A DNA stretch of 64,000 nucleotides from Candidatus Bathyarchaeota archaeon (GCA_963777155.1 CAVZPM010000001.1:160001-224000), one strand, 5' to 3'. Positions 10,007 to 20,065 are shown, numbered from the stretch's first letter. The notes: generated by a model not told the origin, from the sequence alone. Translations and numbers: made by a program.

Positions 10007-10780
10007 TTATAGGGTTGATGTATTGTCACTCAGTAAGTCAAGGCTCTTTCTAGCGTTAAAAACAACAAACACCGAGTTTCTAAGGTACCTTCCCATCAAC
10101 GAAACCAAACCTGCCGCGTTAGTTCCAAGTTTACAAGTAAGCGCATGCTCAAACATACCTAAAACTTCTACATCAATCACGTCTCGGGTTAACCTTGTCC
10201 GCTCAAGTACACTCTCGATGGTTTCTTTTGAGGCTCCCAAAATAATTAGCCTATCCAAAAGTGACTGTTGCCATGCATGAAGTTTTTCAGCTTGCCCTGC
10301 CGATAACTCTGCCTGCAACACATCGCCCTCTTGGGAAACAGGTTTAATACTTAAAGGTGATCGCTCTGCGAAACCGTAGCCTTCAGCGAGTTTCTTCAAA
10401 TCCATCTCTTTGCCTTCCACAAGCTGTGTCTGCAAACTAGCCAAAGACACCGTTGCGAAGACGGTTTGTGGCTCAAAAATCCCCACATCCACAACCAATT
10501 CTTGCTTAACCAAATCAACTTTAGATATGTACCCTTTTAGGATCGGTTGGTTTTTTGCGTTTTCAAGGCTTGTTGGGCAGGTGCCTATTTGCTTGTTGAT
10601 GTAGCTGACTGCTATAGCTTCGTCTTCACCTGACAGTGATACCTGAACCCACCTGTTAGCTGAGTTAGTTAGCGTTTTCACTTCTACGTCTAATTCTTCA
10701 AACTGCGTTTTCAACAGTTCATCTATCTGTTTTACTTGCCCAAAGTTCATTGCTTTAATTAGTAATGTTAAGGTGGTCAT
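10007..10780 (-). CDS. DUF2110-like protein
   Basis: 'WVQVSLSGEDEAIA', 'LTCKLGTNAAGLV' motifs; conserved position downstream of tfe and the HD gene. Confidence 0.7.
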   Translation of the reverse strand: MTTLTLLIKAMNFGQVKQIDELLKTQFEELDVEVKTLTNSANRWVQVSLSGEDEAIAVSYINKQIGTCPTSLENAKNQPILKGYISKVDLVKQELVVDVGIFEPQTVFATVSLASLQTQLVEGKEMDLKKLAEGYGFAERSPLSIKPVSQEGDVLQAELSAGQAEKLHAWQQSLLDRLIILGASKETIESVLERTRLTRDVIDVEVLGMFEHALTCKLGTNAAGLVSLMGRYLRNSVFVVFNARKSLDLLSDNTSTL

Positions 10781-11307
10781 GGTTTGTTGCCTAGTAGACT
10801 TGTTATTTCTTCGTTTAGCTTTCTAACTCTTTCTGCTGCATCGACCTTGTTTTCTTTCTGCAACCTTTTAATCTCCAATTCAATTGGAACCCTTTTTGAG
10901 TGGTCGATAAGTTTGTCAGCATAAGAGACAATTTTCTCTTCCAGCGTTTGCGGAGAGTAGCCGTCTTTTGGCCAACCAAACCGTTTGGCTTCCTCAGCCG
11001 TGATTCCTCCGCCAACATGCCGTTTAATTATGTTGATCACAGATTCTGGCAAGCCGATGGATTTAGCCATTTGTGCCCCGACAAGACCATGGTCGACGGT
11101 GTGATTTTTTGAGCGTCCAAGATCATGCAGAAGCGCACCTGCTTCGACAAGTTCAAGGTTAACTTTGAGTCCTTTAGCCACGAGTATTTTTGCTGTTTCC
11201 AAGGCTAAGTCTGCAACTGCTACGCAGTGGTTTATGACTTGGGGAGGACAGTGGTTTTTGTGAAGGAGTTCGATTGCTTGCTCCCGATTGGGAAGCAGGC
11301 TACTCAC
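10777..11307 (-). CDS. HD-domain metal-dependent phosphohydrolase (TIGR00295-like)
   Basis: H...LLHDLG...H...RH...YAD motifs. Confidence 0.88.
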   Translation of the reverse strand: MSSLLPNREQAIELLHKNHCPPQVINHCVAVADLALETAKILVAKGLKVNLELVEAGALLHDLGRSKNHTVDHGLVGAQMAKSIGLPESVINIIKRHVGGGITAEEAKRFGWPKDGYSPQTLEEKIVSYADKLIDHSKRVPIELEIKRLQKENKVDAAERVRKLNEEITSLLGNKP

Positions 11308-11812
11308 CCAGTTCCTTCCTTAAGATCTCAACTTTCTCGGAGAGCTTGTCTATCATGTTTTCGTTTTCAAAATGCACTAGGTTTTTGCCGCATGTGGAAC
11401 AGTGAAAAACAAGTTCAACAGCTTCTTCAAATGGAACCCGTTTGCATTCTTGGCTGTCACAGAAGTAGAAGTCATGGTTTTTTTCGTATTCCAATCTGAC
11501 GTTGAGTTTTTCTAAAACACGTCTTTTCTGGCTTAGAATGAAACCTTCAAGTTGGTCTGGTTGAAGTTTCCAGTGGAAAATAAACCATCCTGTCTTGGGG
11601 TCACGTGTCCTTCTTAGACTTACAAGAGAGTGGTCGTAGAGTTTGTAGAGGATTTTGCGGACTGAGTTAAGGCGGATCCCCGTCTTATTTGCGATTTCAT
11701 CATCCGTAATTTCTTCAACACCCTTTAGATGCGCGATAAGTTGAACTGCTTCTTCTCCACCTAACGCCAAAGCCACTTTGGTTAAGGTTGAATCATCAAT
11801 AGTCGATAACAT
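11300..11812 (-). CDS. tfe: Transcription factor E alpha subunit
   Basis: wHTH 'TDDEIANKTGIRLNSVRKILYKL', 'TGWFIFHW', Zn ribbon 'FEEAVELVFHCSTCG'. Confidence 0.93.
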   Translation of the reverse strand: MLSTIDDSTLTKVALALGGEEAVQLIAHLKGVEEITDDEIANKTGIRLNSVRKILYKLYDHSLVSLRRTRDPKTGWFIFHWKLQPDQLEGFILSQKRRVLEKLNVRLEYEKNHDFYFCDSQECKRVPFEEAVELVFHCSTCGKNLVHFENENMIDKLSEKVEILRKELGE

Positions 11813-11877
11813 ACTCTAATGTTCCTTTTAGTACCCCTAATTATGGAACTTGCTGCAATAAAACTCTTCTTGCAACA

Positions 11878-12468
11878 TTAAGGAAAATTCACGTTGCTCT
11901 TTATTTGCTTACCCCGCTCTTTTGGAACAATCTCAATCTTAGCTTTCTCAAAAGGTTTAGCCAGTTCTTGGCCTTCAAAATAGCGGTCCAAAAAAATCGC
12001 CAAAGCAGAACACTCCGAATGAGGCTGATTCCCCACAGCCACGTTAAAATCCGAAACTTCGCCCGAGTAAAACTCACCAGGAACTTTTTGACTTCCCACA
12101 AGCAACATCACAGGTTTGCCAGCAGCTTTTATTCGGGTCATGACATCGCTTGATTGAATATTCTCGCCATAAGCCGTTAAATGCACGATTACTCCATCCT
12201 TTATTTTCCATTCGCGGACTGCTCGTTTCCAAGGCGTTCCCATTTCAAATTGGAAGTTTCCACCCCATGCCTTAGTTATTTTAGTTACTGTTTCTTGTAT
12301 GTGGGCATCTTCGACGTCGGCTAAGATGAAGCCTGAAGCACAAAGAGCCCGAGAAGTCAAAGCAACATGCGTGGTTAGCCGTACATCCCTTTGTGGTCGG
12401 TGTCCCCATCGTAGCACAAAAATTTGGGGTATGACATCAGGTTGCTGAGGTGATTTGGAATTTTCCAT
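11878..12468 (-). CDS. trm56: tRNA (cytidine(56)-2'-O)-methyltransferase
   Basis: 'LRWGHRPQRDVRLTTHVAL', 'VHLTAYG', 'VGSQKVP', 'NQPHSE'. Confidence 0.93.
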   Translation of the reverse strand: MENSKSPQQPDVIPQIFVLRWGHRPQRDVRLTTHVALTSRALCASGFILADVEDAHIQETVTKITKAWGGNFQFEMGTPWKRAVREWKIKDGVIVHLTAYGENIQSSDVMTRIKAAGKPVMLLVGSQKVPGEFYSGEVSDFNVAVGNQPHSECSALAIFLDRYFEGQELAKPFEKAKIEIVPKERGKQIKSNVNFP

Positions 12469-13705
12469 TTAAATCTTCCACTTTCCTCTTTGCTTGCTCA
12501 GTTATGGATGGGGTGGCTTCAAAATCAACTTCTACAGAATCGTTGGTGAAGTTTTCTTTTTGGATGTGGGCTTTTTGGTGAACCCATGATATGAATGGCA
12601 TGGTTTGGGGTGTTAATGGAACGACAAATTTGGCTTGCTGATAGTTTTCAAGGATTCTTAGAATTTGTTTTCTTAGCTCATCAAGGTTTGTTTGGCATTT
12701 AGCGGATAGTAAGATTGGGTTTTTGACTTTGTCTTTTAGGGCTTCAAGTTTTTGTTGCCGCTCTTCCGGGGTTAGTTTGTCAATTTTGTTTAAGGCAGTT
12801 ATGGTGGGTATGCCACAGGCTCCAAGCCGTTCTATTGTTTCTAGACAAACGTTGTTTTTCTTCTCGATTGTTTCTAAAGGTTCGTTTAAGTCTACAAGAA
12901 GTATTATCAGGTCAGAAAAGATAGTTTCTTCAAGGGTTGAATGAAACGCTTCTATAAGTGCGAGGGGTAAGCGGTCGATGAAGCCGACGGTGTCGGTTAT
13001 TAGGAATTTGCGGTTAGAAAACTCTACCATGCGCGTCGTTGTTGAAAGTGTTGTAAATAAGGCGTTGTCCACTTCGACTGTGTCTTGGGTTAAGGCGTTG
13101 AAGAGGGAGCTTTTTCCAGCGTTAGTGTATCCTGCAAGCGAAATAGTGAGAAAACCAAGCTCGGTTCTTCTCTCCCTTTGAAGAACCCTTTTTTCTCGTA
13201 CTCTCTGGAGCTTTTTGAGTATGGTTTGAACTTGGCGTTTTATGGCATCGCGGTAAACGTCTGCTTCGTAAGCTCCTAAACCCATGAAGCCCGGTTGTTC
13301 GCTTCCTTTGGATAAACGCACTTTTTCCCGTGCATGTTTGAGTTCATTTCGCACCATCGCGAGCTGGATTTGCAGTTGCGCCTCAGTTGTGGTGGCTCTT
13401 TTGTTAAATAGTTCTAAAATGAGTGCAAAGCGGTCGATGACTTCGACTTTTGTAGCTTTTGCGAGGTTGTATGTTTGTATTGTGCGGAGTTGATTGTCAA
13501 AAATTACTTTGCCAGCACCCGTTTCCGAGACCATTCGGGCAAGTTCTTCAACTTTACCCGCGCCAATCTGGTAGCGTGAGTCAGGTGGACGCGTTTGCTC
13601 CATAGAGCCGACAATGGTGTAGCCAGCGGCCTGCGCTAATGCTTTAAGTTCATCTAAACTCGATTCTTCACGGTTTAGGCGGCGTTGCGCTATGATGGCT
13701 TTCGT
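12437..13705 (-). CDS. hflX: GTPase HflX (frame extends upstream of ATG 13603; true start uncertain)
   Basis: G1 GYTNAGKSS, 'LFTTLSTTTR', DTVGFI, NKID; in-frame N-terminus TKAIIAQRRLNREESSLDELKALAQAAGY. Confidence 0.92.
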   Translation of the reverse strand, partial: TKAIIAQRRLNREESSLDELKALAQAAGYTIVGSMEQTRPPDSRYQIGAGKVEELARMVSETGAGKVIFDNQLRTIQTYNLAKATKVEVIDRFALILELFNKRATTTEAQLQIQLAMVRNELKHAREKVRLSKGSEQPGFMGLGAYEADVYRDAIKRQVQTILKKLQRVREKRVLQRERRTELGFLTISLAGYTNAGKSSLFNALTQDTVEVDNALFTTLSTTTRMVEFSNRKFLITDTVGFIDRLPLALIEAFHSTLEETIFSDLIILLVDLNEPLETIEKKNNVCLETIERLGACGIPTITALNKIDKLTPEERQQKLEALKDKVKNPILLSAKCQTNLDELRKQILRILENYQQAKFVVPLTPQTMPFISWVHQKAHIQKENFTNDSVEVDFEATPSITEQAKRKVEDLNGKFQITSAT

Positions 13706-14259
13706 TTTTTGGGCGCCTCCCCACTTTTCTCCTTGAACTCGACGAGGTCACCTAAAGTCATCTCTTCATTTCCCACCCTGTGAACCTGAGTAGTAGATTT
13801 TTCTTCAGCAATAGGCACCATCAACTGGATTCTGAGGGCATGCTCAAGTTTGCTAGCTAGCAAGTTATTGGGAGCGACTCTGCCAGTTTCAATGTGTCTG
13901 AGTAATGAAGCTTTTTCGTTGATTTTTTTGCCTAAATCCTCGTGGCTTAGGGCAAGTTTTTCTCTTGCGACTCGAATCTTGCCCGCGTACCCTTCGGTGA
14001 GTTCCGTGGATAGTTTCACTTGGGCAACGGGCGGTTTTTTCTGAAGGGTTGGTATGTGTATTGTTGATTTGGTTGAAGATGAGGCTGGATGAGTGAATCC
14101 GGTGGCGGTGGTTTTCTGCGGAGCAGGGAAATCCGCTACTTCATGAAGGATAACTTTTCCATGTTTGGAACATTCTAAACAAACGGTTAATCTGGCTCCT
14201 TCGATAACTGCCTTTACTGGTTCATCGTGGATTTTGCGTCCGCACACTTCACATCTCAA
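13690..14259 (-). CDS. mbf1: Multiprotein bridging factor aMBF1 (Zn ribbon + HTH)
   Basis: MRCEVCG...VCLECSKHG, 'KIRVAREKLALSHEDLGKKINEKAS', 'TLGD'. Confidence 0.92.
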   Translation of the reverse strand: MRCEVCGRKIHDEPVKAVIEGARLTVCLECSKHGKVILHEVADFPAPQKTTATGFTHPASSSTKSTIHIPTLQKKPPVAQVKLSTELTEGYAGKIRVAREKLALSHEDLGKKINEKASLLRHIETGRVAPNNLLASKLEHALRIQLMVPIAEEKSTTQVHRVGNEEMTLGDLVEFKEKSGEAPKKRKPS

Positions 14260-14341
14260 GAAACGTTCACCTTTTAACTGTCTTTATAATCTTGATATGT
14301 TTATACTTGTCGAAACAACACACCCTGAACGATGATGACGC

Positions 14342-14809
14342 ATGGAAAACAACTTGGGCAAAGTTAGAAGCATAGCTGACTACCAATTTGGAAAAGGCGT
14401 AGGTGCACAGCTGTTTCCGGATAACATAGAAATCCAGTATTCGCCAAGAACAGGCAGAATACGCTACATCACCCTAAACGGGGAACGGTTAGCTACCCTG
14501 CGTCCAACAGATGGGTTGCTTTCTCTTAGCCTAAAAGCTGCAGAGTTCATGGCTCACAACACACCCTTTGCCAAATGTTTTGTCACCGTGCAAAACGGCG
14601 TTTCCAAGTACATTGCTGAAGGAGGAGATGTTTTTGCCGTTCACGTTGTTAAGGTTGACGAGGAAATTGGCGCCAAAGATGAAGTCATCGCCATCGACGA
14701 AAACGGACAGGTTCTGGCGGTTGGACGTGCTACCCTTTCAAGTCGAGAAATGAAGGCTTTTAAAACAGGCGTAGCCGTCAAGACCAGACACGGCATTAAG
14801 GAAAGTTAA
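14342..14809 (+). CDS. PUA-domain protein (archaeosine TGT C-terminal-like)
   Basis: 'IADYQFG', 'SPRTGRIR', 'GVAVKTRHG'. Confidence 0.88.
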   Translation: MENNLGKVRSIADYQFGKGVGAQLFPDNIEIQYSPRTGRIRYITLNGERLATLRPTDGLLSLSLKAAEFMAHNTPFAKCFVTVQNGVSKYIAEGGDVFAVHVVKVDEEIGAKDEVIAIDENGQVLAVGRATLSSREMKAFKTGVAVKTRHGIKES

Positions 14810-14938
14810 GTTTGAAAGCTGTTCTTTTTGATTTCAATACAATAGGGTAATTCACTTCCTAAGTGGGCTGATGCGTTCGTCCTGAATCAAATCTGGGTAG
14901 ATTTTAAATAGATAGAATAATGGACTATACAATTAGGG

Positions 14939-15280
14939 TTGAAGATTATGCTGTTTAAGCATAAGAGCGTTGTAAAAGTGGACATGGGAGATTTGGACGC
15001 TGAGAAAACGAACCTAGCAAATTTCTTGAACAGCCAATTCAAGCTGAATTCATCGATAACTTCTAGAGGCTTGGAACTAAATATGGACGATGCCCAGACT
15101 TATGCATTGGTAACAATGGTAAAGAAATTTATTTATCACAAGAATCTAAACACCACGCATTGGGTTAATGCGGAAAATAACGTCGTCAAAATCAATAGGT
15201 TCAAGGGCACCGCTAAGAAAAAAGAAAAACACGACAAAGGCGCATCCCATCAGAGCATTTCACAAACCTGGGGACTATAG
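14939..15280 (+). CDS. Ribosomal protein eL22-like
   Basis: Size and pattern 'LANFL...LVTMVKKFIYHKNLNTTHWV' resemble eL22 (..[20 protein letters not shown]..), from recall. Confidence 0.55.
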   Translation: MKIMLFKHKSVVKVDMGDLDAEKTNLANFLNSQFKLNSSITSRGLELNMDDAQTYALVTMVKKFIYHKNLNTTHWVNAENNVVKINRFKGTAKKKEKHDKGASHQSISQTWGL

Positions 15281-15368
15281 AACACAATTAATGTTACATT
15301 CTCTTAGGTGTAAATGAATCCCGACCGAGTGGAGACATAATCCGAATTTCCATTTTTCTCGCTGAGTG

Positions 15369-16831
15369 TTAAGCCTTTCTTTCTCGTCGTCTTTTTTTAA
15401 GAACAAATAAAATCGCACCTGTTGACGCGAAAGCAACAGCTATTATGATTGCATAAAGGAGCGGTGAATTTTCTAAAGACGGATGGTTTTGGCGTTGATG
15501 TTCCTTGCTGCGAAGGCGAAGAAAGCGGTGATTGACTTGGAATTGGACTTGAAGGAGGGCTGGGCGTAGGAGTAGGTGTTGACGAGGAGGGTTGCGTTGG
15601 GTTTGGCGAAGGGGTTGAAGATGGGTTTGGAGAAGGAGACTCTGGAACAACATTGGCCCTAAGAACATAGATTTTTCCGTCAAGAGAACAGAAGTAAAGC
15701 TCTTTATTCTCATCTACTCCGAACGAAGAAATATTGAGATTCGTATCAGACAATAAAGTATTCACAGGCATTGCAACTCCATCGTACTGGAGCGCCCAAA
15801 CCTTGCCCGACCCGTAATCGCCATAGATATACTTAGAGTTGAGCTCTGGCAAAGTTGAGCCATGGTACACGTAGCCACCGATAACGGCAATGCCTTCCGC
15901 GTGACTGTACTCCCACACAGGCAATTCCAGTCCAACCTGACTTCCACTGGAATAAGTTAAAGTGCCTTCCATAATGTTCCAACCATAGTTCTTGCCCTTT
16001 CCCACGATGTCTATTTCCTCCATCTGGTCTTGCCCAACATCTGCAACCCAAAGCCTTCCAGTCGGTGAATCGAAGCTAAATCGCCAGGGGTTGCGGAAAC
16101 CGTAAGCATAAATCTCCTCTTTGTACCCTAAAGCGTTGCCAAAATAGGGGTTGTCTGCAGGTATGCTGTAGTTTCGTCCTTGTGAAGGCGAATCAACGTT
16201 TATGCGCAAGATTTTGCCCAAAAGCGTCGAGCGGTTCTGAGCGTTTCCAAAGGGGTCGCCACCTGAACCGCCATCACCTAACCCTATGTAGAGGTATCCG
16301 TCGTCTCCAAAAGCAATTTGGCCGCCTTTATGGTTAGAAAAGGGTTGATTTACCTCAAGCAGGACTAATTCGCTATTGCTCAATGCTTGGTTAGGATTGT
16401 TTGGGGAGACTGTGTATCTGGCAATAACTGTTCGACGTGGATTATCGGCAACATAGTCAACATAGAAATATCCATTTTCCTTGTAGTTAGGGTGGAAGGC
16501 AAGACCTAAAAGTCCTTGTTCGCCGCCAAACAAAACCTGAGTGCTTATGTCGAGAAAAACAGTTGATTCTGCAACGGTTTGGGAGTTCTCAAACACACGA
16601 ATAACCCCTGCCTGCTCAATCACAAAAAGCCTATTTGTTCCATCACCGGGGGAAACTATTCCGACTGGCTGGTTAAAGACCAGTTTGGGGAAGGCCAAAT
16701 CAGCCGAGTACGAGCTTTGATTTTGTCCCGAAAGGTTAGGAATCTTCCAAGAAAGAAAAAGGGCGCCAAAGCTCAAAACTACAATGAGGAATATGGCAAA
16801 ACCGAGACGATTCCGAGTGATATTTTTTCAT
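15369..16831 (-). CDS. PQQ-dependent soluble sugar dehydrogenase (GSDH family) with Pro/Ser linker and C-terminal TM; +1 insertions near 16825 and 15483
   Basis: 'GEQGLLGLAFHP', 'NHKGGQIAFGDDGYLYIGLGDGG', 'AYGFRNPWRFSFD'; restored N-terminus MKNITRNRLGFAIFLIVVL; TM tail in the 15369..15713 frame. Confidence 0.88.
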
Positions 16832-17060
16832 CTCTAAATAATTTATGAAAAGAGCATTACTTGAAGATTCCGAAGACGCTGCAACCACATTTCCCTTACT
16901 TTTATTCATATCATATGTCCGAGTAACTTTTTTTCAAGTTGAGTTTTGTGGGTCCAGCGATGTATTTTCAATTACTTTGTTTTGACTAAAATCAAAAGAA
17001 CTCGTTGGGAAAGTTAAGTATATCAAGTTCTAGAGCAGAATAACTGTAGGTGTAATCTTT

Positions 17061-17430
17061 ATGCATAGACGCATGAATCCTCGAGAGCAAAAACGCATGA
17101 TGCAACGGATGGGCATGAACATGGATTCCGTTGCCGATGTCCAGCAAGTCATCATTCGAACAGCCGACAAAGACATAGTTATCGACGAGCCTGAAGTGGC
17201 TATTCTGCAGGTTCAGGGACAAAAAATGTACCAAGTCATAGGTGGACAAGTCAGCGAACAAGCCCCCTCACAACGAGGAGCAACCTGCAGCAGCCGCTAA
17301 ACCCACCTTCAACGAAGAAGACGTGCAACTCGTCGCAGACCAAACCGGCAAAAGCCTCGAGAAAGCCAAAGAAGCCCTCCAAGAATGCGGAGGCGACTTG
17401 GCAAAAGCAATTCTGCTGCTTCAGTCCTAA
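17061..17430 (+). CDS. nac: Nascent polypeptide-associated complex protein (NAC + UBA); +1 insertion near 17283
   Basis: '[15 protein letters not shown]' NAC domain then '[12 protein letters not shown]...GDLAKAIL' UBA in the next frame. Confidence 0.92.
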
Positions 17431-17509
17431 ATCTTCTTTTTGATTTCCAACCTATTTACCTCTTGCTAGAGACACTTGTTCTTGGTTAGTCAAGTAACCT
17501 GTCAAATAG

Positions 17510-17563
17510 TGTTCCAGTTTGGAACAACCCACTTGTTGATTGTTCCTTGAATAGAACTATAAG
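17510..17563. promoter_or_regulatory. Upstream motif pair TGTTCCAGTTTGGAACA + TGTTCCTTGAATAGAACTATAAG
   Basis: Perfect 7-bp inverted repeat; related copies at 20025, 22553/22574 and 9079. Confidence 0.6.
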
Positions 17564-17598
17564 CTGTTGCCTCTGTTAATTATTTAGATGATAGGAAA

Positions 17599-18738
17599 AT
17601 GCAAAAAATAAGCCTTAGCTTTGCTATACTAACTTCTGTTTTAGTGATAATTTTCTTAATGGAACCTATAGCTCAAGTTAGAGTAGCAGATGCTAATCCT
17701 ACTTGGGGAACGTCTGCAACTCCAATACCACCCATCACAGACCCTCCTCAAATAATCATTAACTCCCCAAGCCCCACAGAATACAACAATCCAGTTGCAT
17801 TGAACATAACAATAATTCAACCAGACTCATGGGTAAGCAAAACTAGCTTTGCTCTACCAAATGGATGGGTAGATAATTCGGATAGCGTAGTTGTTGGACA
17901 AAATACGTTAAGGTCAATAACTTGCATTATTGATGGGCAATCAATCATCTTCTGGAAGGGCACACCCGTTGGCTATGGAATTACCTATTATTTACCTAAA
18001 GTTACACAGTTTTCAGCTGTTATGAATTTAAGCAAAGGAGAACACAGCTTGCAAGTAAACGTTTTCGCAGAGTCAGCGTGGGTTACAGAAGGCATTATCC
18101 CATTCGCAGAAAGAACTTATCTCATTTCAGCTAACCAAAGTACAACGTTTAGAGTTGAAGACGGTTCAGAGGCTCCAATGATATACGATATAAGAAGTTC
18201 CTATGTAATTTGGCAAGCATCCTCTGCCTCAATGCCTTCACCCACTTCAGCTCCTCCTCAACCTCTAAGTCCACAACAAAATCCAACAACTGCCTTGTCC
18301 TTTACACCTTTCATTGTTTCGCCTAAGAATCAAACAACCTACAGTACTAATCAAGTGCCGTTAATTTACACGATTGGCAGCGATGTTCTCTGGTCTTACT
18401 ATTCTTTGGATATAGGAAATAATTCTGCTTTGCGAAATTTTAATGGCAACATTACCTTAACTGACCTTTCTGAAGGTCAACATGAGCTAATGGTGGCTGT
18501 GACAACAAAATCAAGCTATTTTTACGACCAACCAACCCAAACTATACAAACAATTTTGTTTTTTGTAAACACCACAAACCCATCGTCTATCCTTATATCT
18601 ACTCCCACTACCGAGCCATTCCCAGTTCCAACACAGATTCCAGAGTTTTCATGGTTGATGATTCTGCCCCTATTCCTTTCAATACTCTTTATTGTAGTCC
18701 TACTTAGAAATAGAAAGTTGGGTTGTGGCTATGATTAA
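17599..18738 (+). CDS. Secreted surface protein, two Ig-like (Big_3-like) domains, EPFP/PEF-type C-terminal anchor
   Basis: Signal ...VADA|NP, 'LSKGEHSLQV' and 'LSEGQHELMV', 'EPFP..IPEFS'+TM+RNRK. Confidence 0.85.
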   Translation: MQKISLSFAILTSVLVIIFLMEPIAQVRVADANPTWGTSATPIPPITDPPQIIINSPSPTEYNNPVALNITIIQPDSWVSKTSFALPNGWVDNSDSVVVGQNTLRSITCIIDGQSIIFWKGTPVGYGITYYLPKVTQFSAVMNLSKGEHSLQVNVFAESAWVTEGIIPFAERTYLISANQSTTFRVEDGSEAPMIYDIRSSYVIWQASSASMPSPTSAPPQPLSPQQNPTTALSFTPFIVSPKNQTTYSTNQVPLIYTIGSDVLWSYYSLDIGNNSALRNFNGNITLTDLSEGQHELMVAVTTKSSYFYDQPTQTIQTILFFVNTTNPSSILISTPTTEPFPVPTQIPEFSWLMILPLFLSILFIVVLLRNRKLGCGYD

Positions 18739-19405
18739 AATATCCTTCATAGCGATATTCACTATCTTTCTATTGGTTCTTTCAACATTAAGTGCCAAAC
18801 AGTATGAAGCGGTTAAGGCTAATCCCATTTCTGTGAGTGTTCCAGATAACCCTGATACTAATCAACCAATAATAACAGTAAACAACCCAAAAAATGACAT
18901 TAACTTGAATATTACTTGCTTTACTCTAACCTTCACTGTAAAAAAGCCATCTTCTTGGTTTAGCTTCTATCCCGTTCATGGCGATTTGATTTCAATTAGC
19001 TATCTTCTTGACGGAGAAAAGACTGATGTTGCAAGTAGCGACTTGGATACTGATCATTATAGCTCAAAACCATTAACGTTCACTGAAACTATTTCTGAGT
19101 TGTCTGAGGGTAACCACAGTTTACAAGTTTATGTACGTTCAGTTAGTTACTATCTTGACCCAAATAGACCAGCTGAAAATTCCACTTATGGTTGGTGGAT
19201 GTATCCACCAGCTAATAATTTCATGGATACCTATTCAAATATTAATTTCACCGTAAACACAATCCATAACTCACCAACGGTTCCTTCAACTCCTACAATT
19301 CCAGAATTTTCTGTACCCTTAGACATCACATTTCTTGTTTTAGTAGCAGTGGCACTTGCAGTTTTAGTCAAGAGAAAGAATAAGTTAAGTGGTAGCTTTG
19401 ATTAA
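18725..19405 (+). CDS. Secreted surface protein, Ig-like domain, PEF-type anchor
   Basis: ...VKA|NP, 'LSEGNHSLQV', 'IPEFS'+TM+KRKNK. Confidence 0.85.
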   Translation: MAMIKISFIAIFTIFLLVLSTLSAKQYEAVKANPISVSVPDNPDTNQPIITVNNPKNDINLNITCFTLTFTVKKPSSWFSFYPVHGDLISISYLLDGEKTDVASSDLDTDHYSSKPLTFTETISELSEGNHSLQVYVRSVSYYLDPNRPAENSTYGWWMYPPANNFMDTYSNINFTVNTIHNSPTVPSTPTIPEFSVPLDITFLVLVAVALAVLVKRKNKLSGSFD

Positions 19406-20015
19406 GAAATCATTCATAACAACGATTAGTATTTTATTGCTGGTGATTTCAATATTAAGTTCGATGCAGGTTGAGGTTGTAGATGCTAATCCTCTCCCTT
19501 GGATATTTGACCCCAAGATGACTGTTACCATTAAATCTCCAGCGAATGGGTCAGTTAATTTTCTGCCTGTTTCAGTAAGTTTTGCATCTCACGCTGACAA
19601 CCAATTTTCTGTCTCTGATGACTACACAGATGAGTGGGTTAGGTCATTCTTCTACGTTTTAGATGGGCAAGATATGGGGACTAAGGGCACGCGGTTTGAA
19701 GGAACAAAAACTACAACAATCTCTGAAAAAGGTATAGAAAATGGTTATCGTTTTGATGGGCAAGCATATATAGCAAATTTAGCTGATGGGCCTCATAACA
19801 TTACAGTCTATTATGGTGCAGTCAACAGAATTGGTAATGTTGGCACTCCAGAAGAACGAATAATTATTAATCCAACTTGGCAAGCTACTTCCCAATTCTA
19901 TGTTATGAGTAGTCTTCCCTATATCATCGGAATAGTTGCTGTTGTGATTTTAGTCATTGTGGGCTTATTAGTTTACTTCAAGAAATACAAACACAACTTA
20001 ATCAAGAAACTTTGA
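19389..20015 (+). CDS. Secreted surface protein, Ig-like domain, C-terminal TM
   Basis: ...VDA|NP, 'LADGPHNITVY', TM+YFKKYK. Confidence 0.85.
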   Translation: MVALIKKSFITTISILLLVISILSSMQVEVVDANPLPWIFDPKMTVTIKSPANGSVNFLPVSVSFASHADNQFSVSDDYTDEWVRSFFYVLDGQDMGTKGTRFEGTKTTTISEKGIENGYRFDGQAYIANLADGPHNITVYYGAVNRIGNVGTPEERIIINPTWQATSQFYVMSSLPYIIGIVAVVILVIVGLLVYFKKYKHNLIKKL

Positions 20016-20024
20016 CTGTAAGAG

Positions 20025-20041
20025 TGTTCCATTTTGGAACA
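20025..20041. promoter_or_regulatory. Palindrome TGTTCCATTTTGGAACA
   Basis: 16/17 identical to 17510-17526; intergenic, before the next surface-protein gene. Confidence 0.6.
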
Positions 20042-20065
20042 TGAATAGAGATAAGTGCAAGCCTT

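Noticed and set aside
16982-16989. Isolated TTGACTAA/TTAGTCAA half-sites (also inside CDSs near 1729, 19363, 27378, 45949, 47192)
   Set aside because: Single AT-rich 8-mers are expected by chance; only the paired N6 form was counted.
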